This document shows, piece after piece, positions 9,149 through 18,360 of a stretch of DNA of 58,242 nt. The position numbers were made by a program, and so were the translations under genes. This DNA is from a virus (taxonomy: Duplodnaviria; Caudoviricetes). Each line of letters starts with the position of its first letter. The first letter of the stretch is position 1. Where the stretch lies: positions 1 through 58,242 of the IMG/VR virus record IMGVR_UViG_3300032303_000175. The stretch is one strand, 5' to 3'. The notes under the pieces were generated by a model. The model was not told the origin of the DNA and searched no databases. It saw only the letters and a list, made by a program, of their open reading frames with translations.

Positions 9149-11562
9149 TGAAATTATATACAGGATGCGTAGAGAATAGGCAAGACCCACTTAAATTAGG
9201 TAGGTGTCAAGTTAGGGTTGTTGGTTTACATAATAGTGATAAGACTCAATTAAAGACTGAAGACTTACCATGGGCATACCCTATGCAACCTATTACGTCA
9301 GCTGGTATTTCAGGAGTTGGCCATACTCCATTAGGTCCAGTTGAAGGTTCGTGGGTAGTCATCATGTTTAGAGATGGGGATGAACAACAACCAATCATCT
9401 TAGGTTCTATCGGAGGCATCCCTCAAGCACAAGGAACTGTAGATTATGATAATGATCAGATGGTCCTTAAAGAAGACGGCATGCTTCCAGGATCAGATTC
9501 ACAAACTATCACAGATAATACTGGCGGTACTGTAAGTAATACTAGTTCTACAGCTGCACCAGAAGATACAGGGTTAAATCCAGCTAGTTCTTATAGCCCA
9601 TCTATCGCAGTTGTAAATTTAATTAAACAGTATGAAGGCTTACGATTAACAGCATATCAAGACTCTGCAAATGTATGGACCATAGGATACGGTACAACAT
9701 CTATTAATGGAGTCCCAGTATATGAAGGACAAACTATAACTGCAGCACAAGCTGATGAATATTTGTTATCACATCTTAAAATGGATGTATCTCCAATTAT
9801 TAGTTCAAAAGCAAAAGCTCCTATCACCCAATCGATGTATGATGCTTTATGTTGTTTTACTTATAACTTAGGATCCGGTACATTTAGCAATTCAACACTA
9901 TTAAAAGAGTTGAACACTACAAAATATCTGGATACTGCAACATCATTCTTAGACTATAACAAAGCTAATTCTATAGTATTACCTGGTTTAACTAAACGTA
10001 GATCAGCTGAAAAAGATCTATTCTTAAAAGACGGTATACCTAGCATTTCAGGAGATCTAACTCCAGTACAAGGAGTTAATGCACCAATTGATTCATCTAA
10101 TACCAGTTCTGGTCTTAATAATGGTGATACTGTTGTTATGGGATTCAAAGATCCTAAAGGCAAGTATCCATTATATCTAAATGAACCTGACACGAATAAG
10201 TTAGCAAGACATGAAGACATCAAAAAGACTATAGTCTATAAGAAAGAACTAGCAAGAGAGAAAGCTGTGTTAACCGCAGGCGGGAAGACTTGGAATCAAG
10301 CACACATACCTTACAATGCTTCTTATCCATATAATCATGTATTCATGACAGAGTCTGGCCATATTATGGAGTTTGATGATACCCAGCATTCTGAACGAGT
10401 CCATCTATATCATAAGAGTGGTACATTCACTGAGATCGATGCTAATGGCACCCAGGTAAACAGAATAGTTGGGGACAACTATGAGATACTTGAAAGAAAC
10501 GGCCATGTATATATTAAAGGTACTATGGACGTCACTATCGATGGTGATCATAATGTTAAAGTTAATAATGCATTAAATCTACAAGTAGTAGGTAACGTTA
10601 ACATGAATGTCACTGGAAATATGAATGTCGATGTTGCTGGAACCTATAATGTAAAAGCTGCAGGCATTAATTTAGAAACACACGCAAATCCTGTAAATAT
10701 CCTATCAGCTAATAGTGTTAACGTACAATCTGCAGCTGCACAAAACTTCAAAGCTGGAGCCACATTCAATGTAGATGCCGTCAGAGTAGACATGAATAGC
10801 GGTACTGCTGGAAATGCATCTGGTTCTGGATTAAGCACCCTTTCTACGGTCACTCCTACAATGCCAGAATTTTCTGAATTAGTAGTCATAACTAGAGGAG
10901 CAGAAGCGGCCGCATATTATGAAACCCCTGAAGAAGGCGATGCCACAGCTTATACTGCCAAACAAATCAATGATGGCACACTTAAAGCTGATGAAAAGGA
11001 TTCTGGCACTGCACAAGGATCAGCATCAACAAGTCCTAATAATGTAACTGCATTGCCACAGAGTTGTAACTTAATTAATGGTATGGATAAATTTACTGCA
11101 GACTTACAATTATCAACACACTTTACTCTTGGAGCATTGACTAAGAACGGTACACGTATGCCAGTTAATCAACAAGGTTTAACTACACAAGAGATCGTAT
11201 GTAACCTTAAAGGACTCGCCGAGAATTGTTTAGAACCTATTATTGGATTATATCCAAGTATGATCATTACTTCAGGATTTAGAAGACCTAGCGATGTAGC
11301 TGAGTCAAGTGCTACATCACAGCATTACCTTGGTCAAGCTGCAGACATCATAATCCCAGGATTTAGCAGACAGAAACATTATGAAGCTATCCAAGCTATA
11401 CAACAATTGATACCATATGACCAATTGATACTTGAGTATTCAGGTGCTACGACAGTTTGGATCCATGTGTCATTTAAATATACAGCAAATAGACAGATGG
11501 CATTCACTATGAGAGATCATAGCAAGTATGGTGATACAGGACAGTATACGCTGATAGCATAA
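9148..11562 (+). CDS. gp5: Baseplate spike gp5 with GH24 lysozyme and C-terminal M15 peptidase
   Basis: OB fold (DPLKLGRCQVRVVGLH, LPWA), lysozyme (YEGLRLTAYQDSANVWTIGYG), YPYNHV..ESGH and beta-helix, C-terminal SGFR..SQHYLGQAAD..WIHVS. Confidence 0.93.
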   Translation: MKLYTGCVENRQDPLKLGRCQVRVVGLHNSDKTQLKTEDLPWAYPMQPITSAGISGVGHTPLGPVEGSWVVIMFRDGDEQQPIILGSIGGIPQAQGTVDYDNDQMVLKEDGMLPGSDSQTITDNTGGTVSNTSSTAAPEDTGLNPASSYSPSIAVVNLIKQYEGLRLTAYQDSANVWTIGYGTTSINGVPVYEGQTITAAQADEYLLSHLKMDVSPIISSKAKAPITQSMYDALCCFTYNLGSGTFSNSTLLKELNTTKYLDTATSFLDYNKANSIVLPGLTKRRSAEKDLFLKDGIPSISGDLTPVQGVNAPIDSSNTSSGLNNGDTVVMGFKDPKGKYPLYLNEPDTNKLARHEDIKKTIVYKKELAREKAVLTAGGKTWNQAHIPYNASYPYNHVFMTESGHIMEFDDTQHSERVHLYHKSGTFTEIDANGTQVNRIVGDNYEILERNGHVYIKGTMDVTIDGDHNVKVNNALNLQVVGNVNMNVTGNMNVDVAGTYNVKAAGINLETHANPVNILSANSVNVQSAAAQNFKAGATFNVDAVRVDMNSGTAGNASGSGLSTLSTVTPTMPEFSELVVITRGAEAAAYYETPEEGDATAYTAKQINDGTLKADEKDSGTAQGSASTSPNNVTALPQSCNLINGMDKFTADLQLSTHFTLGALTKNGTRMPVNQQGLTTQEIVCNLKGLAENCLEPIIGLYPSMIITSGFRRPSDVAESSATSQHYLGQAADIIIPGFSRQKHYEAIQAIQQLIPYDQLILEYSGATTVWIHVSFKYTANRQMAFTMRDHSKYGDTGQYTLIA

Positions 11563-12107
11563 TGCCATTTAGCCCAGCTTCCACTACTTTAAATACCTTG
11601 AATGAATTCACTAACCTGAATCATACTATTACGTACACTGAAACTATTGGAGCGACGGGTTTAACTCCCGGAACTACAACTTCTTATCCGGTAACTATTA
11701 CTGCTATTACACCAAATGACACTGTTGTCGTTACTAGTAACACTATATCTGGTTATTACTCAGAAGCATTCGTTAATGATATAAAGTACAGGACTAAATC
11801 GGATACTTTTGTAAATGTACCTAAATTTAAAGATATTAATACTGAAACATTATCAGAAGTAATATACTATTATGCTGATACTACTACACGAAAAGTGTTT
11901 CAATATACAGCTACTGCTAACTCACAGACACAAACATATACTATCAATTTAGATAATGATTGGACTTCTGGTAGGGATGAATTATTAAAATATGCTAAGC
12001 CTTCTAAATACACTGCTATTTCTATAACGTGGATAAATAGTAGCAGTGGTTCTATTACATGGACAAATGGAGCATCAGAAACATTAACTTGGGTGAATAA
12101 CGTATGA
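11562..12107 (+). CDS. Hypothetical baseplate-associated protein
   Basis: Thr-rich ORF translationally coupled to gp5. Confidence 0.6.
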   Translation: MPFSPASTTLNTLNEFTNLNHTITYTETIGATGLTPGTTTSYPVTITAITPNDTVVVTSNTISGYYSEAFVNDIKYRTKSDTFVNVPKFKDINTETLSEVIYYYADTTTRKVFQYTATANSQTQTYTINLDNDWTSGRDELLKYAKPSKYTAISITWINSSSGSITWTNGASETLTWVNNV

Positions 12108-12946
12108 GTCTACTAATTCCTAAATCATTTTCAACAAAGACTGGATCAGTCCAATTAAGTGACTTAGATACTAACTTTACATATCTAACGAGTACTGTCA
12201 ATACGGCTTTAGATATAACTGGTACAGCTGTGACGGTATATGGCACACTAGGCGCTTCTGGTGCAGTAACACTAGCTAATACGCTAAATGTTGCAGGAGT
12301 TACCACTTTAACAAATAATTTAAATGTGGGTGGAACTGTAGGTGCTACGGGTGCTGTGACATTAGCTAGCACATTAGATGTTACTGGAGCGGCAACTCTA
12401 CGATCCGCATCTAGTACTATACCTACCGGAGGAAGATTATCTGGTACGGATGTAGGATCTATTAGGGCACCTGGAACAGTAGTCCAAACGGTTTATAAAA
12501 GGGTAGATACTAGAGATACCTATGCATTTGCGACAGCTGGATCTCTTGGTACATTCATTGCGTCTTTAGATACCACAATAACTCCTAAATTTTCTAACAG
12601 CTTAATTCATGTTCAGATGTGTTTAACATATGAAGTCCAGCATGATACTGTGTTTATATTGTATAGGGATGCTACACAAATAGGTGTAAATTCTCTTGAT
12701 GCAAACTATTGGTCAGGCACTTGGTTACCTGGATATGATGTAGATAGTAATTCAACTCCTAGAACAAATCACTTCTTTTATATGGACACTCCAGCAACTA
12801 CTGCAGCAACAACATATAGATTAATGATTCAATCTGGCGGAGTTGGTGCAACCACATTCTTTTTAAATAGAACAATAGGTTCAGCAGGTCAAGCAAGTTA
12901 CGAAGTTGCAATTAGTCAGATTATTCTACAGGAAATAGCACAATGA
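12104..12946 (+). CDS. Short tail-fibre-like protein
   Basis: N-terminal LSDLDTNF anchor motif, TLNV repeats, C-terminal domain GTVVQTV..ITPKFSNSLI..LQEIAQ. Confidence 0.6.
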   Translation: MSLLIPKSFSTKTGSVQLSDLDTNFTYLTSTVNTALDITGTAVTVYGTLGASGAVTLANTLNVAGVTTLTNNLNVGGTVGATGAVTLASTLDVTGAATLRSASSTIPTGGRLSGTDVGSIRAPGTVVQTVYKRVDTRDTYAFATAGSLGTFIASLDTTITPKFSNSLIHVQMCLTYEVQHDTVFILYRDATQIGVNSLDANYWSGTWLPGYDVDSNSTPRTNHFFYMDTPATTAATTYRLMIQSGGVGATTFFLNRTIGSAGQASYEVAISQIILQEIAQ

Positions 12947-13263
12947 TTTATAAACAACAGTATATAGTAACCTATGATATTACACACGCTCTTCAAACTT
13001 TAAAACCTGGCGCGATATGGTCCATATCTGGAATAGAATATAAAGATCTAAATTGGTTAGATGGAAATCAAACCAAACCATCAGAAGAAGAAGTTAATGC
13101 CGAAATTGAAAGACTTCAATCTGAATATGATGCTAAAGAGTATCAAAGACTAAGAGCTAAAGAATATCCATCATTTGCTGATCAATTTGACTTATTATAT
13201 CATGGTGGATATGATGCATGGAAAGATGCTATCCAACAAGTTAAAGATAAGTATCCTAAATAA
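12943..13263 (+). CDS. Fibre-associated small protein (XkdW-like)
   Basis: ALQTLKPGAIW..KPSEEEV..YQRLRAKEYPS..VKDKYPK. Confidence 0.6.
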   Translation: MIYKQQYIVTYDITHALQTLKPGAIWSISGIEYKDLNWLDGNQTKPSEEEVNAEIERLQSEYDAKEYQRLRAKEYPSFADQFDLLYHGGYDAWKDAIQQVKDKYPK

Positions 13264-13547
13264 TGGCTGCAGCTACTAGATTAGGAGATGTTTGTACAGG
13301 TCATGGATGTTTTCCACCTAGGCCTAATGATGAGGCATCTGATAATGTCTTCATCAATGGCATCGGAGCTCATAGAGAAGGTGACCATTGGGTGACTCAC
13401 TGCTGTACTATTGTATGTCATGATGCGGTGGCAGTAGAAGGTTCATCTACAGTATTCATTAATGGTAAAGCTGCTGTTAGGATCGGAGATATGTTGTCAT
13501 GTGGATCAGCTTCTGCGGAAGGCTCACCAAGTGTATTCTTTGGATAA
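13263..13547 (+). CDS. PAAR spike-tip protein (gp5.4-like)
   Basis: AATRLGD, TGHGCFPP, VFING, AVRIGD, GSPSVF. Confidence 0.93.
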   Translation: MAAATRLGDVCTGHGCFPPRPNDEASDNVFINGIGAHREGDHWVTHCCTIVCHDAVAVEGSSTVFINGKAAVRIGDMLSCGSASAEGSPSVFFG

Positions 13548-13552
13548 AGGCA

Positions 13553-13560
13553 TATAAATA
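13553..13560 (+). promoter_or_regulatory. Late promoter TATAAATA for gp25
   Basis: Exact consensus 4 nt before the ATG at 13565. Confidence 0.8.
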
Positions 13561-13564
13561 AGAC

Positions 13565-13957
13565 ATGGCACGAAATACTAGGACGTTCTCTGATTTAGAC
13601 CTCAATTTTACCAAACACCCGGTAACCTATGATATCGTCCGTAAGTTTGATGAAGAAGCTATCAAGGCATCAGTAAAAAACCTTGTCCTAACACAGAACT
13701 ATGAGAGACCTTTTCATTCAGAGATAGGTTCACAAATTAGAGGGTTGTTGTTTGAGCCAGCCACCCCGATGTTAAACATCATGCTCAAGAGAGCTATAAC
13801 TGACACCATAGTCAACTTTGAACCTAGAGTTAGGCTTGATGAGGTATTAGTTACCGTCTCTCCAGATAACAATGAAGTATATGTATCAATATACTTTACT
13901 ATCATAAACACTACTAAGCCATTGCAAGTGGATCTAGTATTAACGAGAACTCGATAA
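13565..13957 (+). CDS. gp25: Baseplate wedge subunit
   Basis: FSDLDLNF, AIKASVKNLVLT..ERPF, FEPRV. Confidence 0.94.
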   Translation: MARNTRTFSDLDLNFTKHPVTYDIVRKFDEEAIKASVKNLVLTQNYERPFHSEIGSQIRGLLFEPATPMLNIMLKRAITDTIVNFEPRVRLDEVLVTVSPDNNEVYVSIYFTIINTTKPLQVDLVLTRTR

Positions 13958-15804
13958 TGTCAACAGCTAATAAAATCATTAACACTACAGAGTTAGATTT
14001 TGATGCAATTAAGTCAAATTTAAAAACATTCTTAAAAGGGCAGTCAGCTTTTGCGGACTACGACTTTGAGGGTGCCGGCCTTTCGGTCCTTATTGACTTA
14101 CTTGCATACAATACCCATTACAATGCTCTATATACAAACTTAGCTATCAATGAATCTTTCTTAGATTCTGCTAGCAAACGATCAAGCGTCGTTTCAAGAG
14201 CTAAAGAAATTGGGTATGTACCTTACTCTTCATCTGCTGCTACTGCTACTGTTAACATAACTGTGTCATCTACTACTTCTACTCCAGCGACATTGACGTT
14301 GCCGGCTTATAGTTCTTTTAGTACGAGCATTGACGGCGAACAATACACATTCTATACTATAGAGAGTATAGTCGCTACTCGAGTAGGATCTACATATACA
14401 TTTACAAATGTGAATATTAAGGAAGGTACACCACTAACATTTAAGTATACAGTAGTTGATGGTACCCAATATATCATCCCTAATCAAAAAGTAGATATGT
14501 CTACATTGTCTGTCAGAGTACAAGATAGCGCTACGTCATCTAACTTTGCAACATGGATTAACCAAGAATTAATCATAAATTTAAACTCAACTTCTAAGGT
14601 ATACTTCATCAAAGAGATCGAAGGCCAATTTAATGAATTGGAATTTGGTAACGGAGTCATAGGTAAAGCTTTATCAAATGGAAATATAGTTAACCTTACA
14701 TACTTAGTAACTAATGAAGATGCTGGTAACGGAGCTAGGGTATTCACATACACTGGTTCAACACTATTAGGTGGTTCTGTTGCAGTTACTACAAGTACCC
14801 CAGCTGTGGGAGGAGCTGTTGCAGAGACTATCGATTCTATTAGATATAATGCTCCTAGAGCTTATTCAGCACAAAACAGAGCTGTGACAGTTGAAGACTA
14901 TAGGACTATGGTATTTAGGCTATATCCAGAAGCACAAACAATTAACGTATGGGGAGGTGAAAATAATGATCCTCCAGTTTATGGTAAAGTATTCTTATCT
15001 ATAAAGCCTACAACGACAGATGTATTGACTCAAAATCAAAAAGATTATATCAAAGATTCTATCTTAAAACAAAAGAACGTAGTGTCCATAACTCCTGAGA
15101 TTGTAGATCCAGAATATATTAATATCAAAATAGAAACATCGGTTTACTATAATCCTAGATTAACTGCTAAGTCTGAGAATACACTTAAATCATTAGTGGT
15201 TCAAACCATCAAAGACTATAATACTAATAATCTTAATTCATTTACTGGTGTATTTAGACACTCAAATCTTAGTGCATTAATAGATAACACTGAAGACTCT
15301 ATCATTAGTAATATTACTACTTTAAAACTACATAGAGAAGTAGACGTGCAATATAATACTAATGCTAATTATACTATTAATCTAGCAAATCCAATCTTTG
15401 GCTCAGGTGTTCCAGAACAATCAATCTTATCTACTGGATTTTATATAGCTGGTAATGATAATATTGTTTATATAGAAGATCTTCCGACTGATACAAATAC
15501 AGGTCAATTGCGCTTATGGTATTATAACGGCGGTATCAAGACTTACTTAAGAACATTTGGTTCAGTAGACTATCCTAAAGGTATCATTAAGTTAACTGAA
15601 CTTGAAATCACTGGAATTGATTTAACAGATAGTCCAGTATTAGAGCTGATGATTAAACCACAGTCAAATGATGTCGTTTCTATTAGAAACCAGCTAGTCA
15701 CCATCCCAGATACCAATATTACAGTCAATGTAGTATTAGATAAAGTTTCTGTAGGTGATCCTGGAGGCGGAACTAACTACATATTCACTTCAAGCAGAAA
15801 TTAA
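13957..15804 (+). CDS. gp6: Baseplate wedge subunit
   Basis: LDFDAIKSNL, DYDFEG, LAYNTHY, ESFLDSA, QNRAVTVEDY, VWGGE. Confidence 0.95.
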   Translation: MSTANKIINTTELDFDAIKSNLKTFLKGQSAFADYDFEGAGLSVLIDLLAYNTHYNALYTNLAINESFLDSASKRSSVVSRAKEIGYVPYSSSAATATVNITVSSTTSTPATLTLPAYSSFSTSIDGEQYTFYTIESIVATRVGSTYTFTNVNIKEGTPLTFKYTVVDGTQYIIPNQKVDMSTLSVRVQDSATSSNFATWINQELIINLNSTSKVYFIKEIEGQFNELEFGNGVIGKALSNGNIVNLTYLVTNEDAGNGARVFTYTGSTLLGGSVAVTTSTPAVGGAVAETIDSIRYNAPRAYSAQNRAVTVEDYRTMVFRLYPEAQTINVWGGENNDPPVYGKVFLSIKPTTTDVLTQNQKDYIKDSILKQKNVVSITPEIVDPEYINIKIETSVYYNPRLTAKSENTLKSLVVQTIKDYNTNNLNSFTGVFRHSNLSALIDNTEDSIISNITTLKLHREVDVQYNTNANYTINLANPIFGSGVPEQSILSTGFYIAGNDNIVYIEDLPTDTNTGQLRLWYYNGGIKTYLRTFGSVDYPKGIIKLTELEITGIDLTDSPVLELMIKPQSNDVVSIRNQLVTIPDTNITVNVVLDKVSVGDPGGGTNYIFTSSRN

Positions 15805-17636
15805 TGTCGGTCAATTTAAAGAGCGTAGTATCTAAACAGATACCTGAGTTTATCAGGTCTGACTATCCCCTTTTTGTTGAGTTCATAGAAGCGTACTATG
15901 AATACCTAAATACTAAATCTTTTACTAGTGCATCAAAGACATATCAAGGCGGGTATCAACAACGAAATATTGAACAACTGCGAGATCTAGATAGCACGCT
16001 AGATGAGTTCATCCAATACTTTAAGAATGAACTTGATGTATTCGGGGATAACTATGAATTCATTGACAGAGCTTTCTTCTTAAGAAAAGCCAAACAAGTA
16101 TTCACCGCAAAAGGTACAGAAGCATCCTATAAGTTCTTATTTAAGTTACTATATAATAAAGACTCTGAGATTACTTATCCATGGGATCAAGTATTAAAAG
16201 CTTCTGATGGTAAATGGCAACAAGAGATGTCTATATTTGTTGACATAGCTACAGGTAATGCTTTTAATTTAGTTGGTAATAGGATCAATTTAAAGGGTAC
16301 AAATCTTGCTATCAAAGTATTCGTCACTCGAGTAGAGCTCTACAGCGGGACCGTCTATCAACTATTCATAGATAAGAGTTATTATGGAACCATCCAAACT
16401 GGATACACTATTAACGATAGTGGAGTAACAGGTACTATCATACCGACTACAGTAAAGTATGAGATACTTAATAAAGGTATAGGCTTTAAAATTGGAACGT
16501 TTTTTGAATCAACGACTATCTCTGACGGTAAGACTATTACCCAAAAATTAAAAGTTACCAGTGTTGATGCTAATGGAGGTATCACTGGGTTAACTACTAT
16601 TCAATTTGGTGCTGGGTATTCTCTTGACTTCTATTCTACTAAGAATAACACTGATGTAATATCAGATTCTTCTTTAACTATCGATAAGAATAGTACTAGA
16701 CAGTTTTCTATCCCAAATGATACATTAATTGATAAGTACGTAGACTATGGCTACCTAATATCACCTATCTATTCTGACCTTGACTATTCTGATAATACTT
16801 ATGCTGGCGTACTACTTAATCAGTGGTATCAACAAACAGATGCCGGATTAAATGAAGTAACTAACTTTGCCATCATCAAGTTTACTATAGGAGCTGTAGC
16901 AAAATACCAAGGTCAATTCATTAACAATGATGGGTTCTTAGATGATGACATCTATATACAGGACAGTAAATACTATCAAAAGTACTCATATGTAGTAACT
17001 ATCAATCAGAATTTAAGTAAGTATAAATCTTTGATTAAGTCATATATACATCCAGCTGGTACAGCCTTATTCTCTAATTATCAGATTCAGAATACATTTG
17101 CACCTACTGTTGGAGCAACATTAGAATTAATAGAATCAATCTCTGGAGCTTCTGTAAATAACATAAATAGATCTATTAAGGATATGTACGTATATCCGGC
17201 TGATGCAGGTGGTGTAATTAGACTAGATGCTTATGACTTAGATTACGTTAAAGCTGATGACTTCTATAACCCTCCAAGATCATATAGGTTCTATGGAGAT
17301 GCAAGAAACGTCTTAAGAACATCTGTTACTGTAAGGGATTCAGGATCTGCTGCAGTTTCAATAGTATTTAATGCAGCCACATCAGTGAATGATGTCCTTG
17401 AAACTATTACATATGTAAATCATGGATTTGCTACACAAGATGCTGTAGTATATAGAACAAATGGTGGAACCGTAGTTGGTGGACTATCTGACTTAAATAC
17501 GTACTATATATATAAAGTAGATAACGATACTATTAAATTAGCAACTTCAGCATCAAATGCATTAGGCGCATTAACAATTAATTTAACAGATGGTGTAGGT
17601 TCTAATCATACACTAACAAAAACACAGAATTTTTAA
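15804..17636 (+). CDS. gp7: Baseplate wedge subunit gp7-like
   Basis: QIPEFI..YPLFVEFIEAYYEYL, KGTEASYKFLF, IQDSKYYQKYSY, HPAGT. Confidence 0.75.
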   Translation: MSVNLKSVVSKQIPEFIRSDYPLFVEFIEAYYEYLNTKSFTSASKTYQGGYQQRNIEQLRDLDSTLDEFIQYFKNELDVFGDNYEFIDRAFFLRKAKQVFTAKGTEASYKFLFKLLYNKDSEITYPWDQVLKASDGKWQQEMSIFVDIATGNAFNLVGNRINLKGTNLAIKVFVTRVELYSGTVYQLFIDKSYYGTIQTGYTINDSGVTGTIIPTTVKYEILNKGIGFKIGTFFESTTISDGKTITQKLKVTSVDANGGITGLTTIQFGAGYSLDFYSTKNNTDVISDSSLTIDKNSTRQFSIPNDTLIDKYVDYGYLISPIYSDLDYSDNTYAGVLLNQWYQQTDAGLNEVTNFAIIKFTIGAVAKYQGQFINNDGFLDDDIYIQDSKYYQKYSYVVTINQNLSKYKSLIKSYIHPAGTALFSNYQIQNTFAPTVGATLELIESISGASVNNINRSIKDMYVYPADAGGVIRLDAYDLDYVKADDFYNPPRSYRFYGDARNVLRTSVTVRDSGSAAVSIVFNAATSVNDVLETITYVNHGFATQDAVVYRTNGGTVVGGLSDLNTYYIYKVDNDTIKLATSASNALGALTINLTDGVGSNHTLTKTQNF

Positions 17637-17646
17637 GGAGTAGTAT

Positions 17647-18354
17647 ATGTTACATTCAAGCGTAAAACTTACAGGTAAGCTAGTCATCCAGAAATTTGAT
17701 GACTCTAATAAACTTGTATATGAAACAGAGGTAAAAAACTTAGTAGTAACTTCAGGTAAACAATTCATCGCATCTAGGATAGTAGAAAGTTCTTCTGCAG
17801 TCATGGGTTTTATGGCTATCGGAGACGATGCTTCAGTAGCATCTACAATACAGACAACTCTAGTCAATGAATTAGCTCGTGTAGCCGTAGACTCTAAGAC
17901 TGCTTCTGGAGTTAACTCAACATTCGTAGCTACATTCCCAGCTGGTACAGGCACAGGCAATATCGTTGAGGCTTCTATCACTAATACTTCTGGTGCTTCT
18001 GTTATATCTTTTGATGGAGACACTGCTGTAGATGATGCTGGTGACACTATTACTTACGTTGCCCATGGATTTTCTACTGGTGACTTAGTTACATACACTG
18101 ATGGTGGAAATACTGCAATAACTAACTTGACAGACGGAGCACAATACTATATCATTAGAAGTTCTGCAGATATAGTTAAGCTTGCATCTTCTTCAGCTAA
18201 TGCCAGTGCTGGTACTGCAATAAATATTACAGGAACATCAGGCTTAGGACATAAACTCTCAAAGGGTACTATGTTATGCAGAACAACATTCCCTGTGATC
18301 GCTAAGTCATCATCTGAAACTTTAGCTATTTCATGGGTAATTACTGTAGGATAA
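17647..18354 (+). CDS. Baseplate/tail structural protein with inserted beta-domain
   Basis: KNLVVTSG, MAIG, ATFPAGTGTG..EA, MLCRTTF..ISWVIT. Confidence 0.65.
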   Translation: MLHSSVKLTGKLVIQKFDDSNKLVYETEVKNLVVTSGKQFIASRIVESSSAVMGFMAIGDDASVASTIQTTLVNELARVAVDSKTASGVNSTFVATFPAGTGTGNIVEASITNTSGASVISFDGDTAVDDAGDTITYVAHGFSTGDLVTYTDGGNTAITNLTDGAQYYIIRSSADIVKLASSSANASAGTAINITGTSGLGHKLSKGTMLCRTTFPVIAKSSSETLAISWVITVG

Positions 18355-18360
18355 TAAAAT

